DNA of 64,000 bases, from assembly GCA_013239625.1 (NCBI GenBank), contig MU053934.1, forward strand, positions 12,373,413-12,437,412, read 5' to 3'. This document shows, piece by piece, positions 1-13,287 of the stretch. Made by a program: the position numbers and the translations under genes. The notes below the pieces were generated by a model. That model saw nothing but the letters and a program-made list of their open reading frames with translations. It was not told the DNA's origin and did no database searches. This DNA is from Lama guanicoe. Lineage: Eukaryota. The stretch's first letter is position 1. Each line of letters starts with the position of its first letter.

Positions 1-629
1 TCCAGGTCAGGGAGCGGGGTGTCCTTTTGCCAGAGGCACTCAAGGCAGCCTTTGTGAAAGGGGCAAAGGCCCAAATGAAGGCAAACTCAGAGGCCAAACC
101 ACAGGGTGTCAGGATGCTGCAGCTGGTCCAGGTCAGGGCTGAGCTCAGGGTCACAGTGCGTGCACACTCCCCACCTCCAAGGGATGGCATGCTGGCCTCC
201 GTGTGCCCCATGCCTGCTCCCTCAGCTGCCTCCACCCCCATGGCATGTCCCCAGCCCCCCCAGTTCCGGTCCCTAGTGTGTGTGTCTGCTGCAGGCAAGG
301 CCAAGGGAGGCTGGCCTCTTTCAAGGGACACCTTCTTCCCCAGCCCACATGCCCAGCCCCCACAGCCACCACCTCATCCCTGAGGACACCTGCCCTGAGG
401 GACCCAGTGACCAGGCTGGGCCCACACCGCAGACCCTCCCCTTCTCAACACCAGGCTCCTGCAGCCAACACTTCCTCCAGAATGAACCCTGGTCTCCTCC
501 CCTTCCCCCTTCCTAACTCAAAGGTGCCTCCTCTCTCAACCAGCCTGCCTAGCCCCTAGATCTCCCACCTTGTCCACCCTGCTTCCCACAATCACACACA
601 CCCGATGCTGCTGCAGAGGGGCCTCGAGG

Positions 630-735
630 GCTGAGGTCTGGAGCCAGACTATTGGGTTCAAACCCCAGGTCTATCGCTTTTCAGTTGGATTGTGTGGGTT
701 TACAAACTTACTCTGTGCCTCAGTTTCCAGGTGGG
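630..735 (+). mobile_element. MIR fragment (others at ~34565-34630, 38255-38400, 55530-55620, 56890-57000)
   Basis: ggagccagact...gggttcaaaccc...ctctgtgcctcagtttcc. Confidence 0.65.
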
Positions 736-1649
736 GGAGGTACTCAGGATGACATCAGGATGTCACCATGTCTCTGCTTTTGCAGTTCCTGCTCAGAAAC
801 TCTTACCCATCCGTCAGAACTCTGGGACACCCATCCTGCCCTGGCCCTGCAGGACTGTCAGTCATCCTCTCTGGTCTGTGGCCTTGATGGATGGGACTGC
901 TGTGAGCAAGATCCGAACACAGGATCTGGCCGAGTGGGCACCCATGGGTCTCAGCCCAGGGACCCAGGAAGGGGTACACGAGGCAGAGAGACCTGAAAGC
1001 ACGTGTCCCTGCAGCTGGTCTCTGAGCCTCCCGTAGGGTGGTGTCTCCGCCCCTGGCCAGAAAGCTGCCGGGGACTGCGACAGGCTGCTAGGGGTCCAGG
1101 CCTTTCCTCTCACCCCACAAGCGTGGAAGCAGGGGGAGCCCCAGCCAGTGGCCCCCATGGCTCCCTCCGCAGGTCTGGGCACAGGGGGATGTTGCTCCCC
1201 CCTCCCCCCACCAGGAAAAGGCAACCAGGAAGTACCTAAGGGGGAGGGCAGTGTCCTCACTCCAGATCGGACTGGGGGGCTGGGGGACATCAGTGTCCCC
1301 CTCCCATATCCCCCCAGAAGGGGGATCTAGGGTGTGGGGTGTGGGCTGGACTTCCATGGCACTATTTTCAAGCAAACACAAATTGAGCAATTTCTTACAG
1401 CGAAAATCAAAACAGTGCAAAGCAGCCAAGTCCATGGAGGAGGGACTCAACCAGGAGGCTGCCCGTGGCCAGGCCAGCCAGCGTGTGGGCTCAGGAAGGG
1501 GACCAAGATGGGACTGGGACAGGACTGGGGGACAGACAGGCACCCAGAGACCTGCATGGGGCCTCAGTCTTGGGCAGACACGGAGAAAGGGACGATTCAG
1601 GCAAAGACTCTGGCCCAGGTAGGGACAGGTACAGCACCCCGATACACAC

Positions 1650-2350
1650 ACACACCTGAGACGGGGCGGGGGGGGGCGGGGGGCGGNNNNNNNNNNNNNN
1701 NNNNNNNNNNNNNNNNNNNNNNNNNNNNNCTCGGGTGTCGCCCCTCCCCCTCCCGGCCTCCGCTCGGCTCTCGCGTCGAAAATGCAAATCTGCAATTAGC
1801 CAGAGCGTTAAACAAACCAGGGGAAACAAAACATACGAGACGCCGGCAAAATCCGAGCCTCCGCTGTTTTCAAAACAAGTGCGAGCGAGGGGCGCGAATC
1901 GGGGTGGGCTTCAGTCCAGCCCCGCGGTCCCACCCCCACCCTGGGGACCTGGGTCAGAGTTCAGCCCCGGAGGCGGGCCGGTCCCCCAATCGTGAGGGCC
2001 GCCCTGGCCTGGTTACCCCCGGGCGGCCGGGTGGCAGCGCCGCTCCTGCGGACGACCCCTGCGGGAAACCCCCGCCTGCACCTCGCTCCCCCGGGGACGG
2101 GGCGGAGCGTGTGGGCCTCGGACGAGTCTCCCCGGGGACCTAGGGCGCCCCGTAGGCAGAAGCCTGACCTCCAGTCACCATGACGGCGGCGGCGGCCACG
2201 TGGGCCCAGGACCCAGTCCCCAAGGAGCCTAACAGGGCGCGTGTCAAAGGCGCGGAGCCCTCGGCCCTTGGCCTCAGGGCCACGGCCCCACTCTGCCGCC
2301 GGCCAATCACCCCCTGTGGCCCCAGAGGCGGCCAGAAGGACTCCCCGTAT
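1650..2350. promoter_or_regulatory. Intronic CpG island (candidate alternative promoter or enhancer in PLXNB2 intron 1)
   Basis: CpG-dense; GC boxes 1662-1686, octamer ATGCAAAT 1782-1789, CCAAT near 2303; contains an assembly gap. Confidence 0.6.
1687..1729. other. Assembly gap
   Basis: 43 N. Confidence 1.
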
Positions 2351-5300
2351 CCCCATCCCAGGACCAGACTCACCGGGCAAAGGCCAGCTGGCTGCACAGC
2401 CACCTAGGAGCAGGGGTGGGGCAAGGCGGGGCTCTAGGGACACACTGACGTCTGTCCTGAGCCTTGTCTAGTCTGAGCCTTGCGTCAGCACCGGGAGAGG
2501 CTCCCACAGGACCCCTCCCAGGTAGAGGATGTCACCTCCTCCTCCCCACCAGCCCTGGCTCCTGGGGCTGGGTTCCTCCCTGCACCAGCATAGACTGTGG
2601 GCCAGAATGCCCACCCCCAGCCCTCCCTCTGCAGTCTGCTGGGTTCTGGGTCTCAGACCTGAAAAGTCACCCCTGGTGACTGAATGAGAAGTGGCAGTAA
2701 GAAGGTCAAAGGCCTGAGACCCAAGGCCAAGGGGAGTATGCCCAGAGAAACCCCAGGACTTTCCTGCCACCAGTCTTGGGGGGCTCGGTCCCACCTCCCC
2801 CATCCTGTGGCCTCCCACTGCTTCCATCTCAGTGCATCCAGGCCACCTCTCAGCCCTCTTCTGAGGCCTGCAGTCACCATCACTACGATCTCTATCCAGC
2901 CCTTGCCCTCAAGGTCTCCTGAGCTCGCCTGGCAAAGCCCAGGGCTGTGTGCTGTAGCCCCTCCGTCCCTCCCTCCCTTCATGACAACAGCAGCCCCTGC
3001 CGTGTGGGTGCTGACCCAGACTGGGATCCCCACCCTCCCATCCCAGTCACTGCCTCACCTTGTGAAGAGAAAAACTCAAAAACGTGTTTCAGTAAGTTAT
3101 TGTCATTCAAGAATAACTGCCTAGGCCCAGCAGCACAGCCAGCTCCTCAGCCTCCTCCTGCCTCCCAGGTCCTCAGGGCAGATGGTGGGATTCAGTAGGT
3201 CCTCATGCCCCATACACCCCTCCACCACCATGCTGCAGGAGGCACCTCTCTCATCCAAGCCGACCCTCCTGAGTCTTGGCTACCACTGTGTTCCACCTGG
3301 ACTCGGCCTGAGCCCCTCCCTGGTTTCCCTACCCCAGGCTGACCCATGTCCCTCCTCTGCACAGCACTCCTCTGGATCAGAACAGCTCAGGGCCTCCACT
3401 GACTTCCCCATGCTTGTGGGGCAGCCTCCATGGGTCTGCTCACCTGCCCTGTCTGCTCAGCCCGAGCATTTCCTGCGTGCCGTGTGCTGGGGACCCGGGG
3501 ACAAATCTCCACCCTCCAGGGTCCAGGACCCCTGTGGGGCCCCCAGCAGCTGGTACACGGTGGCCTCAGCCAGCCCCTGATGAGCAGATGAAAGGGGCTG
3601 GCACTTGGGCAAGTGTGGACACCCTCCAGAGGTGACCTCTCTGGTGGACAGCCCGGGGTCAGACTGAGAGGGCCAGGAAGAGGGCACGAGACACCTGGAG
3701 GGACCAGATTTGGGCATCCAGAGCTCAAACGAGGCCTCCTGCCCCCATCAGGGCAGGAAGAGCAGCCCAGGAGGCTGCCCGACCACAAAAGGGGCCCCCG
3801 TGTGAGGAGTGGGCAGCCTACACCCCCACCCAAGCTGGGAGAGGCTGGGAGCAGGCCTGTGGGCACTTGGCTCAGGGGCAGGAATGATGTCTGCCTCCCT
3901 GCCTGCCCCAGCCCACCTCCCCTTTTCCAGGCTCACCTCCCAGAGCTGGCTGGACTCTGCTGGCCAGGGCAGCCTGAGGCTCATGGCGGCTGCGGCTGGC
4001 CCGGGACCAGCCCCCGCCCAGAGCCCCCTTCCTGGGCCACACAGGAGGCGGGGAGTGCAGTGTTGGGGAGGATGGGTGAGGGCCTGAGTGAGCAGGGAGC
4101 AAGCAAGGCCTGTAATCTCCCCGTCAGTCTGTCAGCGCCTCGGCGGTCACCCCGACCCCGCCTCCTCCGTCACAGACGAACCCCACAATTAGCCTGGGGC
4201 ACTGTGCCAAGCCAGCATGCCAGCCACCACTCACACACGTGACCACACGTGGGCAGGCACACACAGCTGCAATGCTGAAGGGGGTCCTGTAACAGGGGTC
4301 CTACCCCGACACTCAAGAGTGTTCCCAGGACAAAGAGCCCCAGACCTCAGCCAGCCCCAGCGCTGGTCAGCCCAGGATGTCCCGAAGGGCCAAAGCCTGG
4401 GAAAGGTGGGGGCAGGCCCATCTGTGCAGAGGCAGCAGCGCAGGGCTGCTCCAGGCAGCTGTGCAGGTCTCCGTCCAGGCCTGGAGGGGCTCAGGGTGCC
4501 TGAGGCGCTGGGCCAGGTCTGGAGTCCAGGCTGAGGGTGGGGCAGTGGGCAGGGCCCCACGGGAGCAAGCACCACGGGTTTCAGGATGGCAGAGGGACCG
4601 GGAGTTTCCAGGGAGGAGACACCCAGCTCAGGCTAAGGCGGGGCAGTGAGTGGGAAGGGGCAGGCGTGGGGAAGCAAGTTGGCCAGGACTGCCTGGGGGG
4701 AGGCGGGCACCTGGGCGCATGGCCGCCCTGTGATGATGGATCCAGGACATAGCCCAAGCTCCCTGGGGCCAGGCCCAGCCCTCCCCACTCAGAGCTCACT
4801 CAGTTCAGCCAGGCGCTGCCACACACAGGGGTCAGGCAGGGACCACCTGCAGGAGGCATTGCTGGATCTGGGGACAGACCTGCCTGGGTTTCTGCTTCCT
4901 GCTACTCCTGACTTCCCATCCTCCATCCTGACATCTTTCCCCAGGTCCTGAGATTGCTGATGGGGGCCCCCAAATCAGGCCTGAAGCCAAGATGGGCGGG
5001 GAGGCCAAGCCCCTCAAGTCCCCTGGACAGTCTAGAGGAGCCACTCCAAGGCTGACAGGGAGCAGGTGGGCCACGCTGGGGCCCCTCCCTCCCTCCACCT
5101 GTCTTCACCCCTTCCAACTCGCCCAGCTGGCCTTCTAACGCTTCCCCCCACCCCCGCCTCTGGGTGGGGGACGGGCAGCAGCCACCTTCCTTGGGGAGGG
5201 CACCAGCCTCACTGCAGCAGTGTCTTGGGTCCTGGTGCTTCTCGAGAGCTCTGAAAACATCCTGGGGTGGAGGTGGGGACCCAGAGCCCTCACCTCTTTG

Positions 5301-8300
5301 TGGTCTGAGAGCTACCTCCCGTGGCCAGGCCCACACCACCCTGGGCACTCCAATCCCGACACTCGTGCCGTAGGCTCCCTTGGACCTCAAGACAGACCCA
5401 TGCTCCTCAGCCTATCAGGACTTTGCTCAGACCTCTTCAACATCCCTCCCCCAGCCCTCGAGGACCCAGGTGGGCAGGAAGCCAATCACCCTCTTCCCAC
5501 TGTCTCCCACACTGCACATCTGGTGGTGGCCAGGGACCCCTGGAGCTGCCTCAGCCTTCAGCAGGAAGCTGGGGACCGGGCAGGGCACCTGGAGGGGAGC
5601 AAAGCCCCAGTCGACTTAGGGCCCGTGCCCTACACAGGTGGCCTGCCGGCTCAGGGGCCTGAGACAACAGCAAAAGGCCAGCAGCTGGAACTATCCCCGC
5701 CTCGGGAACAGACAGCCCTACCCGGACGCTGTGTTGACACAGGTGGCCTCCTGAAAGGCTGACATCAAACCTTTTTCCTCTTTCTTGCTCTTCCTGAGGA
5801 GGGGGCCCAGCTGGGCAGCATCAGGCACAGAGATCTGAGCTCCACACCATGCCTCTCCTCCCAGAGCCCCCACTGGAACTGCTGGCCAACAGAGCCAGAG
5901 GAGCTGGGGACGCTACCCCAGGGGTCGAGTCTCCATGTCCAGGGCCAGGCTGATGGCAGAGCTGGGGCCAGAACCCAGGCTGCACCCAAAGGCCTCACTC
6001 TCCCTCCCCATGGTCGCCAGTCCAGGACTCACCTGGCACCAGCGCAGGGACTGCCAGGTTTCAGAAACCATGAGATCTCAGGGGCTGGGGATGAGGATGT
6101 GAGCAGGTGCCCCCGTCCCGAGCCCAGGAGAGCACGTCCTCTGCCCAGTGCATGGGGGCCACAGGCACTCAGGTGGGCCAGTCTCTGTGTGGGAAGGGGG
6201 CGCTGAGCTGCAGAGGGTGGACTAGAGAGTGGGAGTCTGTCGCAGGTTCAGGAACACCACAGAACAGGGTAAGAAGACCCACTTGGGTGGGCACTGGGGG
6301 CAGAACAGCAGAGGCCCAGCCCTGTCTTTCAAATGCTCTGCCAGAGGGGAGGGAAGGGCTGAACAGCTGTGCCCTGGCCTGGCTGGGGGCTGCAGGACAG
6401 GGAGGCTTCTTGCCTGGTCAGCAGGGGGACGGAGTCCTCAAAGCCCCAGGGGCAGAGAAGGAGCAGTCAGAGGATGTGAAACCACAGAAGGGAAAACCAT
6501 GCAGGGACCACATGCAGCCTGGACAGAAAAGGGAAGTGCAGTGCCGCTGTGGCCCCCCAGCCCCCAGCGCCCTCTACCAATTACAGGCCACTGACCTGCC
6601 CTTCCCAGCTTGTAATTTGAGACCAAAGACAATTAGAGGCCCCACCCACCCCACCCTGGGCTCCACCCCAAACACAAACAGCCATTAGCCTGGGGGAAGG
6701 ACTCTGCTCAGCCCTCAGCCCATCAAGGGACTGGCCCCCAGGGAACCAGCATCACCTCTCAGAGGGAGGCAGAGGCTGGGGGGACCGCTGCAGACCCTCC
6801 TGGCCAGGCTTGGATTCGGGTTCTGGCAGGTGGATCAGCTCACTCCCTCCCCTCACTGGCCCCAGCTTTACCCACACCCGTGTTGAGGGCAGGCTCTGGG
6901 CACCAGCGGTGCTTCAACAGGGAAGAAAGACCTATTCCCCCACTCCCCAGGAAGCCCAGGCAGGCAGAAAGGACTGAGGCGTGATGTAAGGACTGCTTGC
7001 TCACAGGGCAGCCCTTGGGGCAGAGAGCCTGGCATCTTGGCATGGATCTGTCCAGACCCGAGAAGGGGCCACATGACGGGGCAGGCTCTGGAAGCCACAT
7101 CCTGTTCTCACCAGTGCAGCCCCTGCCCACACCCACCATCCTTAGGTCCACCGGCTCTGGTTCCCAGGGTGTGAGTACACAGTAGAGAACAGTTCCCAGG
7201 ATGGCCCAGGTCCTGGGACGGTGCTAGTGCCTGCATCCACGTTGTCCTAGGGGAGAGGGGCACATGCCATATGGATCCCTCCCCAGGCTGCCAGCCCACC
7301 CCAGTGCCTTCCCATCCAATCTCTTCTGCTCCATTGGCCTGGGCTGGGGCCAGGGCCCTGGGTTTACCGTACTCAGCCCCAGCTGCCAGCTCTGCCTCCC
7401 AGCGTGGTCCCTGCAGGGGCTACTGGGTGTGTAACTGCACACATGCATACACAGACCCTGGGAGCCCACATGGCAGAGGCAGCATCCCAGATAACTCCTT
7501 GCAGGGACCCACCTCTGGCCTCGGGGCCCTCACCCGCGGGATTGCTCATCTGTGGGATGGGCTGACAGGTGCCACATCCAAGTGGGGTGGGTATCTGGGG
7601 GCGAGGGCTGGGCTCTCTAAGGGGAGCTGTGTGTCAGTCAAGAGGCAGGAGGGTGGCCTAAGGTTCAGCCCCAGGGAGACCCCAGTGCCCCACCCACTCG
7701 AAGCAGCCTAAGTCACACCCCTGCCTGCTCCCATTACCCCAGGGAAGCACCGTGAGTAACCTGCCCAAGGTGTGTCCATGAACCAGCTCTGGAGAGTTGC
7801 CTCAGGGGCCTGGGGCCACAGGGTCTAAGCCTCCGGTGGGGACGGGGGTTTCCTGGCTGGGCCCCTGCCCCGGGCAGGAGAACAGGGTCCAGGACTCCTT
7901 GTGCCCCACTGCCTCCCCGAGAAGGGCCTGGGCCCACCCCAGGCTCGCCTGGCTGGGCCTGCTGGGGCCGACCTGGGGCGTTCTCCAACCCAAGAGTGAC
8001 GCATCCCTCCCACCCCGCCCCCGACCGGTCTGAGCAGCCGCGGGAGGCGGTGGAGCTGCCCAGACTTGCCTGTCCCTCCCTCTGGGGCTCTCAGCCCACG
8101 GCCCCGGAAGTGGATCTCTCTCCCACGGCTGTAGCCTCCCCTCTTGGGTGGCTGGACCCGTCTGGATAATCCAAAATAATTCCTTCTTGGCAGGCGGCCG
8201 GCGGGGGAGGGGGAGGCTTGCATTCCAAACCCTTGTTTTTCTCTGTAACTTCCCTCCCCTCCTGGGACAAGGAGCCTTAGGCCAGACCTCAAGCCTCCCC

Positions 8301-9399
8301 CTACCCCTCAGATGGAGATGGGCTCCCCACCCATAGGTCCGGTGTGAGGAGGTGAGAGGCTGAGATCTGACAACACCACCTGCTTATCCTCAATCTTCTC
8401 AGAATTCCTAAAAGCTGACATGCCACAAAACACAACTAGTGGGCCCAACAGGGCCCATGCTGCCTCTGCAGTCCTCGGGGCCCTCACCTCAGAGCAGAGG
8501 CAGGACATCCCCCACCCAAGCTGTCCAGCTCTCCGACTCTTGGGTGCACCTCCCCTCTATGTGGGGTAACGGCTGGGCATGGGGTCAGGCTGAAAGGCCC
8601 CCTCCCCCAGGGGCCATGCTCTCCCGTCTCCACAGGGCCTGGCCCTAGGGATGTGGGGGGCATAGGGGCTGAACTTAGACATGAAAGGGGGAGCTCCTCA
8701 GGGAAGGCACAGGCCCAGAGAGCCCTCTGAGCCCCAGAACCTTCTACTAGCTTTGGGGCTGCGTTTCACCCTCAGTGCTGCCCCCACCTCAGGCCCAGAG
8801 CACAGATAGACACCTTCTGTCCTTTTCAAGTTGCTGGGAAGAGGAGCCCAATGACGTGGCAGGAAGCTCCGAGGCTCTTGAGCTCAGGGACCCCCCTCAA
8901 ATCTGCCAAACAACCCTAGCACAGTTGGGAAGGTCCCATCTAGCTAGGAGGGCTTCCTGCAGGAGGAGGTACATAGAGGTGCAGGACCAGAGTGTGAGGG
9001 GCAAGGCCCAGGCAGTGAGTACTGAGACTCCCTGGGTCCCAGAGCGTCCACCCTAACACACCACCAACAAACATTGGTAACTGTGAGAGCCGGCTCTGTG
9101 GTGAAGCAGGCTCAGGGCCACCAGGACTTCCCAGGAACTGGCGCTGGTGCCGGGCTGCCCCAAGTCCCAACTCGGAACCCTGCACCCTCCCTCCAGCATG
9201 GCCAGGTGCAGACCAGGGGCTCACAGCAGAGTCCTGGCTTATGCCCGCCTCACAAGGCCCCAGGGGGTGTGGGGGCTGCCAAGGCCTGACCGCAGGGCCC
9301 AGCCCCCTGGGGAAAGCCCAGGCTTAGCCACCCCGGAACCAAGGTTGGGTGGGTGCGGGCCTCAAGCTCTTAGACAACAGGGACGATCTTTGCCCAGAG

Positions 9400-10240
9400 C
9401 ACGGATCTCGGTGGCTGGAGGGGTGTGAGGCATGAGCGGGGAGGGAGGGTCGGGAACCAGGAGGGATCTGAGCGGCTCCAGAGGGACGCCCGCGGCGGGA
9501 GAGGGCGCGGCGCCAGGCTAGGGACCCTCGGCCTGCCCAGAGCCGCTGCCCAGAGCCGCTGCCCGGGGCGCCGCAGTCCTCCGCCACCTAGAAGAGCGCG
9601 GAGCGGGAGCCGCCCGGCCCCAGCCGGACGGACACACGTACGGCGGCTGAGGCCCGAGTCGCCCTCCGCGGGGCGGCAGCTGCCCGAGTCGCTGCGTCCC
9701 GAGCGCCTCCGGCCAGGACTGAGTGGCGCTGACGGCGAAGCCCCCCACCGGCGCGGCCGCCTCGCGGGCCTCGTACCCCGTCTCCGTACCTGCACGTCCG
9801 CCGCCGAGGCTCGATGGCGCCCGGGCCGCGATCGGCGCTGAGCTGCGGCCCGCGCGGCTGCCATGGAGACGGGCCTTTGTGTGGATGAGGAGGGGCCGGA
9901 GAGCGCGGGAGCAGCGGCCAGAGGGGGAGGGGAGAGGCGGAGGGGGAGAGCGGCCGTGGGGCGGGAGGGAGGGAAGGGGGACCCACAGGGCTGGGCCCTC
10001 CCCACGCGTCCCCCGCATCCTCGGCGCCCAGCAGCCACAGTGGGCGCGCCACGTCGCCGGTTAGGGTCTCCCCGGTTCGGGTCCAGTTTCGCCCCAGGGG
10101 AGCCCAGGTCTGGGCCCTACAGGAGCGCGCCGAGCAGACCCAGGTCCTCCCCACCCCGCTCCCTCGGGGTTCTCTCCGGAGACAGGTGACCCATCGGTAC
10201 CCCCACACTCAGACTGGAGAACAGGCCGGCCGCACCCATG
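9400..10240 (-). promoter_or_regulatory. CpG-island promoter (PLXNB2)
   Basis: Very high CpG density, G-run/GC-box tracts at 9890-9980. Confidence 0.8.
9790..9885 (-). other. PLXNB2: Probable PLXNB2 (plexin-B2) non-coding first exon; intron 1 runs off the left edge
   Basis: CpG island just downstream of DENND6B on the same strand, donor CAG|GTACGG at 9790/9789. Identity rests on recalled synteny, since no plexin coding exon is in the window. The 5' boundary is approximate. Confidence 0.65.
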
Positions 10241-10976
10241 CCATTTTGTGGGTTGGGGTCTCCTGGGCCTTGTTCCACAACCTCCTAGGGGAAGAGGGCT
10301 CCTGCCCTAGCCCCTGTGCAATACATCCTTGGCCTCTAGCTGCCTTTCTCCCCACAACCCTGGATGGCCTCTGGCGACCTGTACCCAGGACCCATCAACC
10401 TGTCTTTCAGTGCGTGGAGTAGGGTGGTGAGACCCACCCTCTCCACTGGGGTTCCAGCTTTGAACTAGAGCTTATCCCACTTCTGGCCACTCCAGCCTCT
10501 ATCTGCCCGGTCCTGAAGTCCCTGAGCCCAAGACCTGAGCAGAGGTGGGGAACCCCATGGGGCCAGCTCTCCTGTGTGCTCCTGCTGCCTCTCGTGAAGT
10601 CTCCCTGCACAAGATGGTGCAGTGAGCAGCAGCTGGGGACCCAGGGACTGGGACGCCATCTCCATTCCTGGGGACCTCCCCTCCACCCAGACTTCCCCCT
10701 CCCTGCCCACTTCCTCCTGTCTCCCCCGCCACCCCGCCACCTGCCCCCCATGCTAAGAAACCCTCAGGGAGGGTCACTCATTAATTTCCTGCTGCCCTCA
10801 CATCCCCAGCCAGCCAGGCCAAAACAGCACGCCTTCAGCCCTGAACTGAATCCACACCACAGCCCACCCAACCCCCCATCACAGAGGACCCTAAAGTCAC
10901 CAGGATCTGACAGGGATGCCAACTTTTTCATCAAAAAAGGAAGTTGAAAAACAAGTATTGTGTCACAGAAGGGCAT

Positions 10977-10982
10977 TTTAAT
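10977..10982 (-). terminator. DENND6B: Probable DENND6B polyadenylation signal (ATTAAA), implying a ~2.2 kb 3' UTR
   Basis: ATTAAA on - strand followed by a U/GU-rich tract (cttgtttttcaacttccttttttg) in otherwise GC-rich DNA. Confidence 0.6.
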
Positions 10983-13164
10983 ACCAAAGATGTGGGAAGG
11001 CCACCATCCCAGACTAAAAGGGTCTTTAAATAGTGTGCAGGAAGCTCAGGGGCGAAGCCTGTCCTTCCTGTCCCTGCAGCAGCCCACTGCTGTCCTCCAC
11101 CCACCCCCATCCTGGGCCACCACCCCAGGCCCACACGCAGCCCCCACATGCAGGCGGCCTCACACACTGGTCCTCCTTCCCCTCCGGGACCCTGGCGGGG
11201 GGAGCTCTGCCTTTTCTGACCCACCTGCCCCCTCCTCTCCCCTCACTGCCTGCTTCCATCCAGGTGGGGAGACAGAGACTCAGCCAAGCCACAGTTAACC
11301 TGATGCTGAGAGGGACACAGAGGCTCCTCGGGGAGAGGGTGGCGCTGGCAGGACTCCATACCTAGCTCCCCCACCCAGGCTGCACTGTACCCAGAGGAAG
11401 AGGGACCCTTCACGGCCTCAGGCTCTCCAGCATAGGGGCTTCCTCTCTCCTTCAGCTTTGGATTCTGTCCTTGGCAGCACTGCCCACCCTGCCAGGCGTC
11501 CCTCCCTGGAGCCCCCACAGCTATCCTGAGGACAGGCCACTGTGAAGGACTGCTATGTGGACAAAACCAGAGCCCTCAGGGAGGACACCCGGCATCAGGG
11601 GAGTCTGGCTGTGCCTTCCTGGACTGATGGTGGCAAAGGTCCCAGGGGGCTTCCCAGAGGCCCCCCCCCACAGCCTGTGGTCCCCCAGCTCCCTGTCACA
11701 TGCAACATCCTGAGGTGACGGCTGGGGCACACCCCTCACGGATGGCATCGCAGTCATGAGGGGGTCGGGCCAGTTTCCCAAGCCACCCACATGCCTGGCA
11801 GCCATGGCCCTTGGGCTCTAGACTAGACAGCCAGGGCAGGCTATCCAGAGAGGCACTCTGTCCAGAGGGGCACTCAGGGCCCACAAGGTCCTTCCTCACT
11901 CCAGGATCTCCAGCTTGTGTCTTCTGCAAAAATGGGTTCGCTCCCTTCCCTCCCCTATTCTGCTGTCAAGGCAGTCACGGCCCAGACTGGGCTCAGCTGC
12001 CTGTAGAACGGGGACATGACAGGCTGTGGTCAGGGCCGGACACGCTGACTGTGACAGCTGAGACCAGTGCCTGCCAATTCCAGCCTGGGAGTGGAGGTGT
12101 CAGTGAGCGCTCCGGCTGGAGGGGCACAGCCTGCACCCTGCACCACCTCGCTTTGCTGGGACCCGGCTTAGGGAGCCGCCGAGGCCCACACAGGTGTCTA
12201 TACCGCTTTGCCTTTCGGATGAGGTGTCTGGGGGTTGGGTAAGGTTGGACTTACCCAAAGACCTGCAACTCTGGGTCCTCGCCTCAACACCTCTCCCGTG
12301 ATGGCTAACAGTGCTGCCGTCACCCTGTGCTGAGCTGTGACAGCACCAACCACTGCTGGGCCCAGTGCTCCAAGGTGTCACATGGGGGAATGGGTCACCT
12401 CTCCGGGCCTTTCCCTAATGGCCAAGGAGCGCGGTGATTCCAAGCTGCGGTGGCTGTTGAGGGCTCCAGCTGAGGGGCCTGGTCGGGCTAATCTGAAACC
12501 CATCTGACTGCACGTGGGGGGCACCTGTCAGCCAAGCACTGTGGGACAGAGCAGACAGGGCTGGTGCTGGGAGCGGGGTTCCAGGATAGAACGAGGACAA
12601 GGCTCTGGACCCTCCCAGCAGCCACCAGGGCCCTGGCGGCATCCCAACAAACCACAGGGCAGAGCCCTGCCCCTCCCAGGCCTGCCCCTCCCAGGCTGTA
12701 GGAAGGACTCCTCCAGCCTCAGGCAAGACAAGTAGGTGGGCTGTGTGAGGAGAGGTCTGCCTGTCAGCTGCCTCCTCCTGTCCTGGGCTGGGCAGCCTGG
12801 TGGGGCCAAAGGACCCACCAGATACAAGGCCTGGGCTTGGGCAGATGGGCACCTGGAGGGGGTAGGTGGCCGTGGGCCCAGATCAGATCAGCCAAGGCTC
12901 ACAGCTGGCCCCACCCCCAGCCTAAGACCCTGTAGAGGGCAGGTGGGGCCCAGGGGGAGGTGAGGCTCTGGCCAGCACGTGATCTGCTGACAGCCAGGGG
13001 CCAGGCTGTGGTTCCAAATGTCACCTTTGCGGCTGGGACAATGGTGGTGCCAGGCAGGAAGCCAAAGCCTGGAGCAGCAGGAATTTGGGTGGGGGCACTT
13101 GTGCTTGACTGGGGAGAAGGAGGTGCCGGTGGCCACGTCCCTGGGCCATGCCCCTCGGGCCGAA

Positions 13165-13287
13165 CTAGGGAGAGCACAGGACCACCTGCAGGTCCATGGG
13201 CAGAGAGCGGACGACCGTCTCGATGTACAGCCGTGCCCGCTTCATTGTTGCCTCCTTCACGGGAAGCTGGTGACCCTGTGCCCGAAC
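13165..13287 (-). CDS. DENND6B: DENND6B exon 20, coding part with TAG stop
   Basis: [40 protein letters not shown]. Confidence 0.95.
   Translation of the reverse strand, partial: VRAQGHQLPVKEATMKRARLYIETVVRSLPMDLQVVLCSP

Noticed and set aside
6020..6060. Minus-strand donor-like CAG|GTGAGT at ~6032 as a PLXNB2 exon
   Set aside because: No convincing matching acceptor or promoter could be identified from sequence alone.
1..13100. Many 60-270 aa ORFs in the GC-rich left arm
   Set aside because: Pro/Gly/Arg-rich, overlapping on both strands, many with non-ATG starts and no recognisable domain; expected from high GC in intron and UTR.
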